The notes: generated from the letters alone by a model not told the origin. Shown: positions 11,170-23,297, numbered from the whole stretch's first letter. The stretch: DNA of 62,740 bases, filler included, from Globobulimina sp. (GCA_003354225.1; 23 parts of 23 records of this genome joined end to end with filler, not necessarily neighbours in it); one strand, 5' to 3'. A program made the numbers and translations.

Positions 11170-13167
11170 TTGCAATTCCATAAACAGATATCACGCGACA
11201 GAAAGTTTTTAGCCTCAGACAAAGCTTTAGAAAAAGACCCAGTCATAAAAAATTTCCTAAAAAAATGGAAAGAAGAAAGACCACAGAAAGAGCCACCAAG
11301 ATGGCCGCTAAACGCAGATTTATGGGAAACGCTTTTAGAAAATAACCCGTGCTCCGACAAAAACGTTTTCATAAAACAATTAAGAGAGGGCATGGATTTG
11401 ACAAAGGATAAAAAGATAGAATGCGATCAAGGGAAGGAATCGTATAAATTAACATTGAAAGAGTGGCGTTTTGTGTGTGAAAAAGTAGATGACTACAGAA
11501 GCAAAGAAAAAAATTGTGTCTGGGGGGCCTTCACAAAAAACGACCTAAAAGAGAACCCGGCTTTGGAAGGGCATAGAATTATGCCACATTTTATCGCATA
11601 CAAAATCAGAGATGATGGTACTGAAAAGCTGCGAGTCGTAACGGACGCATCGACCAAAGGAGAGAGTGGCAGATCTTTCAACGACAACGTAGAAACAGAC
11701 GAATCTAATTTAAAATATACACACATATATGATATAATACTAATGATAGTCACAGCAGGTTTGGTATGGCTGGTAATGGCAGACGCAGTCAATGCCTTTA
11801 ACAGAGTACCAATAAATAAGAAATATGTCAAATATTTTGGCATAAAAATAGCCCAATTTGTATTCTTTTGGACATGCGTAGTTTTTGGAGGATCGTCAAG
11901 CTGCAGAGTCTATTCATGGTTCGCAGCGTACGTAGTTTGGATAATAATATATCATAATAAGAAACTATTCATTATAAACAATATAAATGTACTAAAAAAC
12001 TATTTGGATGATTTCATAGCTGGACATCCAACATATTATGGAGCCTGGCTACAATATTACACTTTGTTGGCTTGGTTTGCAATCCTTGGCATTCCGACAC
12101 AGATAAAAAAAATGCAAATACCAACGAGAGTAATAAAATATATCGGATACACAATAAATACGATCGATAGATCACTAATGATGCCAACAGATAAATTATT
12201 AAAAATATGTAGATTGGGGCACGAAATAATACATTTAATAGATACGAAACAGAAAATAAAGGTTCAAATGATACAATCTTTTGATGGCAGCACACGTTTC
12301 GCGTCACCTATATATTATTATTTTGCTCCATTTTTGAGAAATATGGAGGAAGCCATAAGAGGCAAAGACAAAAACGAAAAGGTTTGGGGGAATCAGGAGA
12401 TCAAAAAGGACATTGAATTGATCATAAACACCATAAAAGACACAAACAGAAACAAAGTATCCTGGGAATGGCTGCTTTACCCAAAAGACAAAGGAGATAT
12501 AGTCGCTGAAACAGACGCGTCTGGAAAATTCGGTATGGGCGGTCTAGAAAAGAAAAGCGGAGGAATCTGTTTTATGGTAAGATATCAAGACATAATTGGA
12601 TGGGACACAGAGAACGAACCGGACATAGTTTGGAAGGAACTCTGTGCAGTTTATATAATCAATAAATTGCAGAGCAAAGCATGGGCCAATAAGGCGATTC
12701 TAATAAAAGTCGACAACAAAGCCGTCGAACACATACTGATTAAGAAAAAGTCATGTTTTGAGAGGAAAGATTTGCAGGTTTTAGTCAGGGAAATATGCAA
12801 AGAATTAATGCACTCAAACTACTATGAATGGGTGAATTGGATATCGACGAAGGCAAATATTTACGCGGATGGGCTATCGAGAGGAGATTGGACAATTTTA
12901 AATGAATTGACATACGATTTGGTGGACAAAAGCGATGAGGCTCTCGTATACGCGCAGGAGGCTTGGAATTTGTATAAAAATACTCGAAAACGAATGATAC
13001 GAAGCAATAATGAATCTAAAATATGTAATTGCAAAAATAAATGGATGTGCAAGGATCAAACGCTTTATCCCAAATGGAAAAGCAATAGACATTCTAATCA
13101 GTTTCATCATTGTAATAATCAACATAAACAACATTCTAATTGTCCCAATAATATTGTTGGAATATAA
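11170..13167 (+). CDS. Reverse transcriptase + RNase H of DIRS-type element
   Basis: RT: KLRVVTDAS, DAVNAFNRVP, FGGSSSC, YLDDF, YIGY. RNase H: ETDASGKFGMGG, IVWKELCAV, VDNKAV, WISTKANIYADGLSR. Confidence 0.9.
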   Translation: MQFHKQISRDRKFLASDKALEKDPVIKNFLKKWKEERPQKEPPRWPLNADLWETLLENNPCSDKNVFIKQLREGMDLTKDKKIECDQGKESYKLTLKEWRFVCEKVDDYRSKEKNCVWGAFTKNDLKENPALEGHRIMPHFIAYKIRDDGTEKLRVVTDASTKGESGRSFNDNVETDESNLKYTHIYDIILMIVTAGLVWLVMADAVNAFNRVPINKKYVKYFGIKIAQFVFFWTCVVFGGSSSCRVYSWFAAYVVWIIIYHNKKLFIINNINVLKNYLDDFIAGHPTYYGAWLQYYTLLAWFAILGIPTQIKKMQIPTRVIKYIGYTINTIDRSLMMPTDKLLKICRLGHEIIHLIDTKQKIKVQMIQSFDGSTRFASPIYYYFAPFLRNMEEAIRGKDKNEKVWGNQEIKKDIELIINTIKDTNRNKVSWEWLLYPKDKGDIVAETDASGKFGMGGLEKKSGGICFMVRYQDIIGWDTENEPDIVWKELCAVYIINKLQSKAWANKAILIKVDNKAVEHILIKKKSCFERKDLQVLVREICKELMHSNYYEWVNWISTKANIYADGLSRGDWTILNELTYDLVDKSDEALVYAQEAWNLYKNTRKRMIRSNNESKICNCKNKWMCKDQTLYPKWKSNRHSNQFHHCNNQHKQHSNCPNNIVGI

Positions 13168-13350
13168 ACCATTTTTAAAAAATAAACCATTGCACGAACG
13201 CATTTCGACTTTGGATGAATAAAACATTGACTGAATTTCATCTAATAACAGCAACAAACAATGCAACACAAGACATAAAATGGCAATTCTAAGCTTGAAC
13301 GAAAGTGCCATTGAAAAAACAGTTTTTCAGTTTTGAACTAACTTTAAATT

Positions 13351-13570
13351 TTGAAAAAACACACTAAGATGAAAAGAAAGACAAAGTTAGAAAGAAAGAC
13401 GAATCTAAGATGGATATCAAAAACAATAATATCAGATTTAGCAGAAACAAAGTTCAAAGGAAGAAATGCAAAGTTAACAATAAAACAATATAATGGGACC
13501 CAGAAACATTACGAATTATTCTGCAAATTATACAATTTGAACCCATTAATATGTAACGAACAACAAATAA
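13351..13570 (+). CDS. Probable N-terminal (core-binding) part of tyrosine recombinase, truncated
   Basis: TIKQYNGTQKHYELFCKLYNLNP fits the T..Y....Y..FC pattern at the start of DIRS recombinases; position after RNase H. Confidence 0.5.
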
Positions 13571-14076
13571 NNNNNNNNNNNNNNNNNNNNNNNNNNNNNN
13601 NNNNNNNNNNNNNNTTAATTAATTAANNNNNNNNNNNNNNNNNNNNNNNNNNNNNNNNNNNNNNNNNNNNTGACAATTATGTTCTTTGTTTTCAACAATA
13701 ACTCCTTTGCATTTTGCACATTCTCGACATTTACATTTGTAACAGAACTTCTCACAATTTATACAACAACATTCCAAACAAGCACCGTATACACCATCAC
13801 TCCAATAACTTGTTCCTGAATCTTGACAGATATCACATGAAACATGGTTGGCAAACTTGGCATCGATATCTGGAGCTGTTTTAAAATAAGTATTTCCGAA
13901 TCAAAATAAAAATTTGTTCATAATGAAATCGAAGTTAACAATGCGGAGCAAACGCCATATCCTTTAAAATATATCCTTGCGCCGAGTGGATAATTAATAT
14001 TCTGTAGTGAGGTAATGCAATTTCAAGGGGAAATTTAAAGCTTTTTTGTTGAAAACCTGTTTTAATTCACTGCATA

Positions 14077-15144
14077 ATGAAACAAATGTTGAACCTAGAA
14101 AGTGAATCAAATAGCATCAAAAATAGTGTATTAACAGCATATAAAAATGTATTAGCATTGGGGCTGGAATTACATTCATACTCATCATCATGGAATGAAT
14201 TGCAACATATCAAACATAAATTATCCACTTGTGATGGATATTCAGTGTGGAATGGCGATGCTCGATTAGATCCCATTGCTCGTATAATATTGATGGGCGT
14301 ATATGACGACGATAACATTTTTTCCAAATTACGAGGAATGAGATATATTGTAAAGTATATTTGGCAGTTAACATTAGATTTTAATAAACATTGTTGGTCT
14401 CCTTATATTCGAACTGAAGGACATTATTTTGAGGACCAAACGGGGTGGTATTCGAACAGTGGATTTCCAAAACCACAGAATATAAAAATTAATATGATGC
14501 CCTTTATTATGGAGTTCGGATTTGCAGAAACCAAACTGCCAAAATATTTGAAAGCATATCATGATACATTCATTGTGGAGTGTTTGCGTTCTGATAAATC
14601 ACAACGTGGCCATATTTGTTTTTTAACCATTCAAGAATCAGTGGTCGAGGCTGGGAAGACACAGAGGAGGCCCTGTGTTCATGTCGAACATCCAGGATTT
14701 GTCTATGTGGAGAGTAAAGGAGGTGGACGCGCTCATAAAATATGGGTGGATAGTTGGAGTGGAGGGTTTTTTGATTTTGAAGCCAAAGATGGACTGTACA
14801 TTGCATCATCAGTTGACAGATCATGCGCTGTTTGGGACTGTGCAGTAGTGAAATTTGGTGGACATGAAGCTATTGGCAATTTAGGTGACATTCAACATTT
14901 AAAATCATATTTACCATCAGATAGGAAACACATTTTGAGGAAAAATAAATTGTATTGGCTAACGGATAGGACACCACACGAAGCGTTGCCAGTGAAAGGT
15001 AAAGTATATAGACAGTTTTTCAGATTGGTAACGCATAACGTTTCTGTGTGGCATAAACAACATTCAACAATGAATCCAAACGGAGTTGGACCAGATGAAA
15101 CAATTACACGTATCATTCATCTCAATAAATTTGCAAATAATTAA
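14077..15144 (+). CDS. Uncharacterised protein with putative 2OG-Fe(II) dioxygenase-like fold
   Basis: Intronless ORF; RRPCVHVE (HxE), TPHEALP (distal H), RQFFRL (co-substrate Arg). Confidence 0.55.
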   Translation: MKQMLNLESESNSIKNSVLTAYKNVLALGLELHSYSSSWNELQHIKHKLSTCDGYSVWNGDARLDPIARIILMGVYDDDNIFSKLRGMRYIVKYIWQLTLDFNKHCWSPYIRTEGHYFEDQTGWYSNSGFPKPQNIKINMMPFIMEFGFAETKLPKYLKAYHDTFIVECLRSDKSQRGHICFLTIQESVVEAGKTQRRPCVHVEHPGFVYVESKGGGRAHKIWVDSWSGGFFDFEAKDGLYIASSVDRSCAVWDCAVVKFGGHEAIGNLGDIQHLKSYLPSDRKHILRKNKLYWLTDRTPHEALPVKGKVYRQFFRLVTHNVSVWHKQHSTMNPNGVGPDETITRIIHLNKFANN

Positions 15145-15185
15145 GAAACATAAATCTTTTTATCCATCAATTACATCTTCTAAAC

Positions 15186-16304
15186 TTGCAAAATCTGCTA
15201 AAAATATTCGTATTTACAGTTTTTTTCCCAAATAAGGAATTCATTGAATGTCTGATGTCGTCGGATGAAAAACAGACAATTGCTCATGATCAGGAAGATA
15301 ATGATGAATGTAAAAGCGAAACGTTTATAACAAATAATGTGGGTACAATTAAAACTCATAAAACTAAATTGTATCACTACATAATAACAGAAATTGAATT
15401 AGTTACAAGTGTAATGCATCAACACGCAACCATAGCTACTGATGGTTTGGCAAATTTAGCGAAGAGAAAATTTGATTATATACGATTATTAATGCCATTT
15501 GAAGATAAAAGGATAAGTCGCTTTGAGTGTATATATCCTTTTTGTTTTATAATTACACAAAACCAGTCACCATTATCAATCATCAAGATATCAATAAATT
15601 GCATAACAAACTTATTAAATCATTCATCATTTATAAACATACGTAGTTTAGATATAAAACAATGCATCCAATTGATTGGAAACACCATCAATAGCTTCAA
15701 TTATGTGCAATACAGCAATGATCAAGCATTATTATTAAAATTTATACATTTAATTTATTGCTTATTTAACAATGAATGTTTTATATTTTTATCGGATGAT
15801 AATGTTTGGAATATATTCAAATTAATGCTATCTATTTATCATACTTATAATACCAAAAAACCTTTGTTTGAATTCATTGATATTACAATTCATACATTCA
15901 TACAAAAAATATTTCAAACATTACCAAAATTATTAAATAAAAATAATGCACAGAAAGTAAACAAAATTAGTAATAAATCCATTGAAAATCATAAAACCAG
16001 AAAAGTTGAAAATAAATATATCTCATTAAAGCAAAAAATATTAAATAAAAACGATAAGCAATCAAATGATAATACGGATGGATTTAAATTATGTACACCG
16101 TTTAACAGTGACTGTTTAGTTCGCATTTTGACGGGTTTGTGTTCTATGGATCCATTAAAATATTTTCATGGTGAATTAAATAGAAATAATAATCAATTAA
16201 AAAGTAAAAACGAATTAGTAATTTGTTTAAAATTAATATTGATTGTCATCAGAGAGAGTGGTAATTATTTTATTAACATACCACGTGTTTTGCCATTAAT
16301 CACC
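15186..16304 (+). CDS. GBF1/GNOM-like Arf-GEF N-terminal (DCB) region, truncated
   Basis: IITEIELVTSVM..YPFCFII..DQALLLKFIHLI..LSDDNVWNIF..PFNSDCLVRIL pattern. Confidence 0.6.
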
Positions 16305-16404
16305 NNNNNNNNNNNNNNNNNNNNNNNNNNNNNNNNNNNNNNNNNNNNTTAATTAATTAANNNNNNNNNNNNNNNNNNNNNNNNNNNNNNNNNNNNNNNN
16401 NNNN

Positions 16405-16736
16405 AATGATAAACAGCCTGGCGACCAATGATGTGCACGAAATAGCTGTTGTTTGTTGTATATAAATATTGATGCGTCACCGCATATTGTTTCGGTACAA
16501 TATAACGTTGCGGCCACTACTATTTTATCCCATGTTGGTGGTATTTTCATTGGTCGTAAATATAAATGATAAGTTCCGGTGTCATACATTGGATATCCAA
16601 TGAGTTGGAACGTAATTCCACCAATAATAAAGGTACTAGACACAAATTGCTCTCGTTGCGTTGAGCTGAGAATATGGCCTAATGTTTGTTTGCTTATTAC
16701 CCATTTAAATGTATCGTTGTACTCTGTAGCCGTCAT
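16405..16736 (-). CDS. MATH/TRAF-like domain protein (3' truncated)
   Basis: FKWVIS..FVSSTFIIGGITFQLIGYP..YHLYL. Confidence 0.55.
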
Positions 16737-17183
16737 GTTGCAAAAATAAAAATAAAAAAACTAAGCGAGATAATAGTTTCGGCAAAGACAGTAAAGCAAT
16801 AAAAGTAAGAAGCAACTAAATGACCGTACGTTATTTTGTATTTAATAATAAAATGACCGTTATTATAACAGTTATTAACGAAACAAGTTCATTCAGGCAG
16901 AAGAATGGAATCAATGATTCAAGGTTTCAATGCTTGTAGGTTCGACAAAATCCGATTTCCTATGGAACACAAAGTAAAACAATGTAATATTAATTAAAAT
17001 AACGTATTATTATTATATAGAAAAGGTAAAAGAAGAATTGTATATTTACATTTTTTAAAGTCATAGCTATAACGCTTTTATTTTTAAATGAAGGAAAGAA
17101 AAAAAAACATATGTCATTGTGTAAGTCAAAGTAAACCATAAATACAAAACGACCCCAATTGCCAAAAAACCATATCTTAAACA

Positions 17184-18524
17184 TCACGGCCCATCAATTT
17201 GTGTTTTATCTCCTCGCGAATGCGAACGAGAGCCTTGCGAATGATAACAATTCCCATTCCACGGCAACGAAGACACCGAGTCATCGCTCCAAATGTTATG
17301 CGTCGTATACATCAGCGCCGAATTGGCCGAATTGGCCGAACTCGGCGACATTTTCCCGCCGCCACTCACATGCTTCGCCTTCGCGCCGCCGCCGCCGTGC
17401 CCGCCCAACATGGCGGCATATTTGATCAACTTTTTCCGATGTCCCATTTTATTGATGCCCACCGTCTGCAACTCAGTAAACGTAATATCATGAATACTCT
17501 CCAAGTCATCGTAGCCGTTATTCACCAAAACACTCAAATACTGCGGCAATTTCACCGTCTCAAACAGCCAACTTTTCAATTTCTCCTCCTCCTCCACGCC
17601 CGGCGCAACGCCGCCTTTCTGCGCCAATATCTTACTGATTTTGTTTTGCTTTCGCAACATATTATTCTCCGTTTTCAACTGCGACATCTGGCTCTCCAAC
17701 GCATGGATCCTGGCTTGGTTCTCCTGCCGCGACGACTCCATTTTGTGCGTGATCTTAATGATCTGGTTATTGATCTGATTGTTGATCTGATAGCAGAGCG
17801 CCGTGATGGTGGAATTGAACTGTTTCTGAATGGTGTTGATGTCGTTGATGCGACGATGTTCTAAGCTCACGAGCGTCCGACTCATCCCCACCGCTATTGT
17901 CTCAAACTCGCCCTTTAGCACTGTCATGCGGTTCTCGATCACCTCCAAGCGGTCGCGATAGATATCAAAGATCTGCTGATATCTGCCCTCGATCTCGGAG
18001 AGCGAAATGGCGGTGGCCGCCGCGGTCGCAGCCTCTTCCAACTCTGCATAGGGCACAGTCGTGCTGCTATGGCGCTGGTGCTGCTCATTGAGAGTGGCGA
18101 CCGCAACGGGCACAGCAACAAAATCCAAGGTAGCTGGGACAGGCAGCGGTGGACAGGGTGGCAAACGTTGGGGTGGCGGAGGTATGGAAGGGTCGCGGAG
18201 ATAGAGCGGCTGCTTATCGTTGGGATGGAGATAAAAGAGGGTTAGGTCACAGATATGGTTTAGAGAGTCATTCGGGATCAATGGTCGGATGTATCCGTAT
18301 ACAATTAAGTCTGTGTCCACATGTACAGCGTCAGGAAGCGAGGCCGTGGGGTCAGCGCAGCCCTCATTGCTCGAGATATTGCTCGAACTCGATTGGCGCG
18401 ATTTGGTGCATGAAGAGGACAGCGATGATAACGAAATTATGTCATTCTCTTTGGAATATAATCTGTGCGGATTGGATTGTGACATTGTAAAATGAATATT
18501 GTTTCTGGTGTTTGTAGAGTGCAC
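17184..18524 (-). CDS. Coiled-coil + C-terminal SAM domain protein
   Basis: LKSWL..VKLPQYLSVLVNNGYDDLESIHDITFTELQTVGINKMGHRKKLI is a clear SAM domain. Confidence 0.8.
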   Translation of the reverse strand: MHSTNTRNNIHFTMSQSNPHRLYSKENDIISLSSLSSSCTKSRQSSSSNISSNEGCADPTASLPDAVHVDTDLIVYGYIRPLIPNDSLNHICDLTLFYLHPNDKQPLYLRDPSIPPPPQRLPPCPPLPVPATLDFVAVPVAVATLNEQHQRHSSTTVPYAELEEAATAAATAISLSEIEGRYQQIFDIYRDRLEVIENRMTVLKGEFETIAVGMSRTLVSLEHRRINDINTIQKQFNSTITALCYQINNQINNQIIKITHKMESSRQENQARIHALESQMSQLKTENNMLRKQNKISKILAQKGGVAPGVEEEEKLKSWLFETVKLPQYLSVLVNNGYDDLESIHDITFTELQTVGINKMGHRKKLIKYAAMLGGHGGGGAKAKHVSGGGKMSPSSANSANSALMYTTHNIWSDDSVSSLPWNGNCYHSQGSRSHSRGDKTQIDGP

Positions 18525-18676
18525 TTAACGTGTCGTCGGGTTCAGGTGTCAGAGGTGCGACGCATTGGAATTGTTGGTTTAAAGCGATATATTCGAAGGT
18601 ATGCCGCTTCCATTGCAAGTTCTGAATGGTTTTTGTAGGTTTGTTGTGTGTTGGGATGGGAACATAGGAAACGGTT

Positions 18677-19037
18677 TTAATTAATTTGTTTTTTTTTACA
18701 TACCCTTGCGTCTGGATTCATTAATGTGACACACAATGAATGGTCTAAGGCGATGATGGTCTCATTCATTTCTTGCGCGGCGCGAAGTGCATAATCGATG
18801 CGCGAGAAAGTGATTAATGCATAGATGGAGGAGGAGGGGAGCGGAGGAAGGCCGTTATTGGGAGGGATGACGGGGATGAGTTCGATATGCACGATATCGC
18901 CGAATGGATTGAAATGTTTTTCTAAATCTTGAATGTTTGAGTTTGATAATATGTTCGTGACTTTGAGCGTGGATAAATCTTCTTTGTTGCACCAGATAAT
19001 GAACACTCTGATGGCTGCTTTGTCGATGATGGTATTG
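18677..19037 (-). CDS. RRM-containing protein fragment
   Basis: TLKVTNI..DLEKHFNPFGDIVHIEL..YALITF..ALRAAQEMN. Confidence 0.7.
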
Positions 19038-19887
19038 NNNNNNNNNNNNNNNNNNNNNNNNNNNNNNNNNNNNNNNNNNNNTTAATTAATTAANNNNNNN
19101 NNNNNNNNNNNNNNNNNNNNNNNNNNNNNNNNNNNNNTATGATTGGATTGTGACTATTTTGTGAGTTGCATAAAAGGTTTGCCATGAATGATGATTCAGG
19201 AATGACAATCTTACTTCAGTTGCGACCAAGTATGAATTAGCAATTATTTCTCTTTTGGTGATGATAGTTCTTAATTTATTCTTTCACTTTTGGTAATTTT
19301 GGCAAATGGTTGTAATTTTAATTTTGTTGACAACAAAGTGGATTTAAATAAAAATAAATATACAAAAAAATTAAATTAAATATTCGTAAAATATGAATGT
19401 GATTAACACAATTTGTATTAAAAAAAATAAAAATTGAATGTAAATAACAACTAATTTCTTTACAAATGGTCCAGCGGTTGCCGCTGGTTTTGAAAGGCTT
19501 AGCAAAACGAAAAACATTAAATCGCTCCAATGAAAGAAACACTTATGTATCAAAATACAGTGGGAATATCATTAGGAAGGATTGCCAATCATTTACGTTT
19601 GCATTGCAAACCACACAGTTTACATATGGTTTACATTATGGTTTACAGGATTTATTGGAAAGATGAAAAAATGGTTATCAATACAAAAAATTATTAAAAC
19701 AAGCAATAACAAAGTATTCTTTGGTAGTTTGGGATGGTTTGATCTTTATTGGTTCGACTTTTCATCGGATTTGGATATGTTTGTTGCTGTTTGTAATATA
19801 CGTCAAGAAAACTATTGTAAACTGTACATATTATTTGGATCTAATCTAAGTATGTGAATGACATTCAAACATATATTGAAAAAATAT

Positions 19888-20416
19888 CAATTCCGACGGT
19901 AAATGAATACAAATCGTGGAATTTGCAACAAATCATGGATTGGATTGTGAGTCATTTGTGACATTGGATGGAGGTAAATTTGAGCAATATGCACAACGAT
20001 TACGTGGAGGATTTGAAAAAAGTGGAATATTGACAGGTGAGTTATTACCGGAATTAACAAGAACTGACTTAAGTTCACCACCATTTAATATCAATTAGTT
20101 TACAATTAAACGCGATTTAATTGAACATTTTAGTTCGTTACGAATTGCAAATATAAAAATAACACCAATGGATGAAAAATATGATTCAGTGAAACAAAAT
20201 ATTATATCACCAAAAACAAACGTTGTTAGTATTGATCCAAAAATGGAAGTTACTTTAAGTAATTTAACAGCAATGGGATTTGACAAAGATAGAGCAAGGT
20301 CAGCATTGAAACAGACTGGTAATAATATCCAAGCGACTATTGAATGTTTACTTGCATCAACAGGCACAAAAGATGCCAAATATGGAACAGAAGGGACTGA
20401 TACTGCATACATTTGA
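19888..20416 (+). pseudogene. SAM + UBA domain coding region, disrupted
   Basis: SAM-like WNLQQIMDWI/VTLDGGKFEQY..DLSSPPFNIN*FTIKRDLIEHF has a frameshift near 19950 and an in-frame TAG at 20096-20098. UBA LTAMGFDKDRARSALKQTGNNIQATIECLL. Confidence 0.55.
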
Positions 20417-20674
20417 AGATATTTTACTTCAATTACATCCTCTTTAAATTCTTGTTTATTGTCATATAACTTTAAGTATTATCATCTTGTTGATATTATA
20501 AAGCAGTATGTAGCCATGATTGTTCAGTATACCCATTAAATACATGATTGTTCAGTAATGCTGGATTATGTAATTATGATTTTACAAAAATAGATTGTAT
20601 TTTTATACAACAGATACAAAAATAGATTTTACACTAAGATTTTCGAAGTATTAAAGTGCTCTTCAGTTACTACA

Positions 20675-21675
20675 ATGACAAGCCAAGATAAACAAGAATG
20701 CAAAACAAACACAAAATACAAAGGATTTGACACCACAACAATCCATGCCGCACAGAAACCAAACCCGATACATGGCGCAGTAATGCCTGGCATTGAATTG
20801 GCAACAACCTATGCACAAGAATCACCAGGTGTACATCGTGGATTTGAATATTCACGAACAAGAAATCCAACCCGCGAAGTCTTGCAAAATTTAATCGCAG
20901 CGGTTGAAACAGCTAAATACGGCTTATGTTTCGCATCGGGTTCTGCTGCCACTGCCAGTGTTACGTCCATTTTACGCACTGGAGATCACATCGTATGCAT
21001 CGATGATGTTTATGGCGGCACAAATAGGTATGTTATAATCTACAAACTTCATAGAAACATATCATACAAACTCGCTAATTATATATATAAAAAATATTCG
21101 TTTCTAGATATTTTACAAACATTGCAGTCAAAGTGAATGGAATGAAGCTATCTTTTGTAGAATTATCAGGTTCGAATGGCGCAGATAATTTGCAAGCGTT
21201 TCTCAATAAATGTGATGCAAATAATAAAGTCAAAATGATATGGATAGAAACACCAACAAATCCAATGTTGAAATGTGTGGATATTGAAAGAATATGTTTG
21301 GTGGCACATAAATATGATATTATTGTCTGTGTTGACAATACATTTGCAACGCCTTACAATCAACAACCACTCACATTTGGTGCAGACATTGTGGTTCATT
21401 CAATCACCAAATATTTAAATGGCCACAGTGATGTTGTAATGGGCGTTGCTTTGACAAATAACGAATCATTACGTGACAAGTTAGCATTTGTTCAGAACAG
21501 CATCGGTGCGGTGCCCTCGCCATTTGATTGTTATATGGTTATCAGAGGAATGAAGACATTGCATTTAAGAATGGCGAGACATGCTGAAAACGCCTTGATT
21601 GTAGCAAAGTGGTTAGAAAAACACCCAAAGATCTCCCGAGTGTATTATCCGCATTTAGCGTCCCATCCGGATTAT
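20675..21675 (+). CDS. CTH: Cystathionine gamma-lyase (spliced; C-terminus lost at a chimeric junction)
   Basis: FEYSRTRNPTR, DDVYGGTNR|YF (intron 21028-21107), WIETPTNP, VDNTF, HSITKYLNGHSDV (PLP lysine), RGMKTLHLRM. Confidence 0.9.
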
Positions 21676-21770
21676 AAAATTTCAATTTCCCATTCGAATG
21701 AATATGCCGCCGCAGGACTTTGTACGAACCCTGAGGTTGTTTTGGGGATTGATATTGAAAAAATCGTATC
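21676..21770 (+). CDS. Fragment of a bacterial-type 4'-phosphopantetheinyl transferase (chimeric end)
   Basis: ISISHSNEYAAAG..LGIDIEKI is the Sfp/AcpS-family SxSHS..GIDIE motif and is unrelated to the CGL C-terminus. Confidence 0.65.
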
Positions 21771-22237
21771 NNNNNNNNNNNNNNNNNNNNNNNNNNNNNN
21801 NNNNNNNNNNNNNNTTAATTAATTAANNNNNNNNNNNNNNNNNNNNNNNNNNNNNNNNNNNNNNNNNNNNAGTTTTTCTGACCTTTGCTGTTAAACAATT
21901 GCGTACAAAAAAATTGAAATCGTGCAAATGGAAAGTGACATTACGTGGTGATATTGCAGTTTATATGGAATGTATAGAAATAGCATTGGAGGAATGTATT
22001 GTGGTGATAGAGACTCTTTATTCTGGTGAAGATCTAAAATGGCGGCAACCATTATTGCAAAAGTTATCAAACAAATATAAACTGCATTGGCAAGACAGTT
22101 TGTCATTTTCTATCAGAAAAATAAAGTTGCAATAATAATAATGATGGATGATTTTTATTCTGCGCCATTTAAGGCATTTTTCAAATTAAAATTTAGACTT
22201 TTGAGACACTCCTAAATAAAGAGCTCACCTAAATAAT

Positions 22238-23297
22238 TTGAATCTGACTGAAAACGTTTACTTAACCTCATCAATCATGCCACCACATGTTTTTATAAGA
22301 ATAGGATTATTAAGTTACATAATCCAAATCGCAAATGGTTGGCCATGCCAAATGAAAGATGTGTTACCAACTGATTTAATCGGTGCACAAATTGGTTTCT
22401 GGAATGAAAATTTGCATATAATCAATGGCGTATACAATGCCACCAAATTAAATTACAACGAGGACAATAATAATTTAGTCATATCCAACAACATAACCAT
22501 AACCGATCCCACCTCCTCACAAACCGCCGTATTTAGCACCAATCCAAGCATTGAATGGTGGGACATATTAACCACTACAAACTCATTGGGCGGTTTCTTT
22601 TGTTTCAGCAAATGTAGTACACAAATTCATGAATATCTTTACGTGATATCGCCTCAAAAACTGGATATACAGACACCTACAAACACGCATAGTTATGATA
22701 TATCCACCAATGACCCAACATGGGCCCCATTCACCTCCTCGCCATGTTACGTATATATAATTTATGTTTTATTTTTATGTATTTCCATTTACAAACTGTG
22801 CGTACTCCGTAGCAATGAGCGATGATGACCCATTTATTGTTGTTATTGAGATACTGATAAATTGTGCATCTGAGCCGCCCATAGACACAATATATCCGCC
22901 AACGGTCAACCAAATCACGTATGATTTACTAAAACCAAAATACGAAAACCCGCCCAAACTGTGGGTCGATTCTAAAGTAACCCAATTCCACACAAATAAA
23001 AATGCAATCTGCGAAATTAAAATTAACTCAAAATATACCACCAATCTCATCACAAACGCCATGCAATTGAACCACTATGCAAATACCACACTATCTCGAG
23101 ACATATTGCATGCACTCCACACATTGTACGCCATTGTCATATCACCAGACAACGTCAATATTTTTTTACCAAATACAAATCAATATTTTTTTACTCCAAA
23201 TGGCGCAGTCATGGCACGCAACTTTGATATTAAGGAATATACAGATTTAGGTATGACAGTTCTTACACTTTGTGATCCAATACGACACAATATATAG
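22238..23297 (+). CDS. Hypothetical secreted protein (spliced)
   Basis: Signal-like N-terminus; two overlapping ORFs separated by a GTATAT..TAG intron-like stretch. Confidence 0.35.

Larger units (their letters stand above)
10937..13570 (+). mobile_element. DIRS/Ngaro-type tyrosine-recombinase retrotransposon (partial)
   Basis: RGG-rich gag-like tail at 10937-11060, RT-RNase H ORF, then the start of a recombinase-like ORF at the contig end. Confidence 0.8.

Noticed and set aside
17159-18495. Several plus-strand ORFs opposite the SAM protein
   Set aside because: Antisense shadows in GC-richer coding DNA with no motifs.
20096-20098. Alternative genetic code (TAG reassigned)
   Set aside because: Single case beside a frameshift; other genes translate fully in the standard code once introns are removed.
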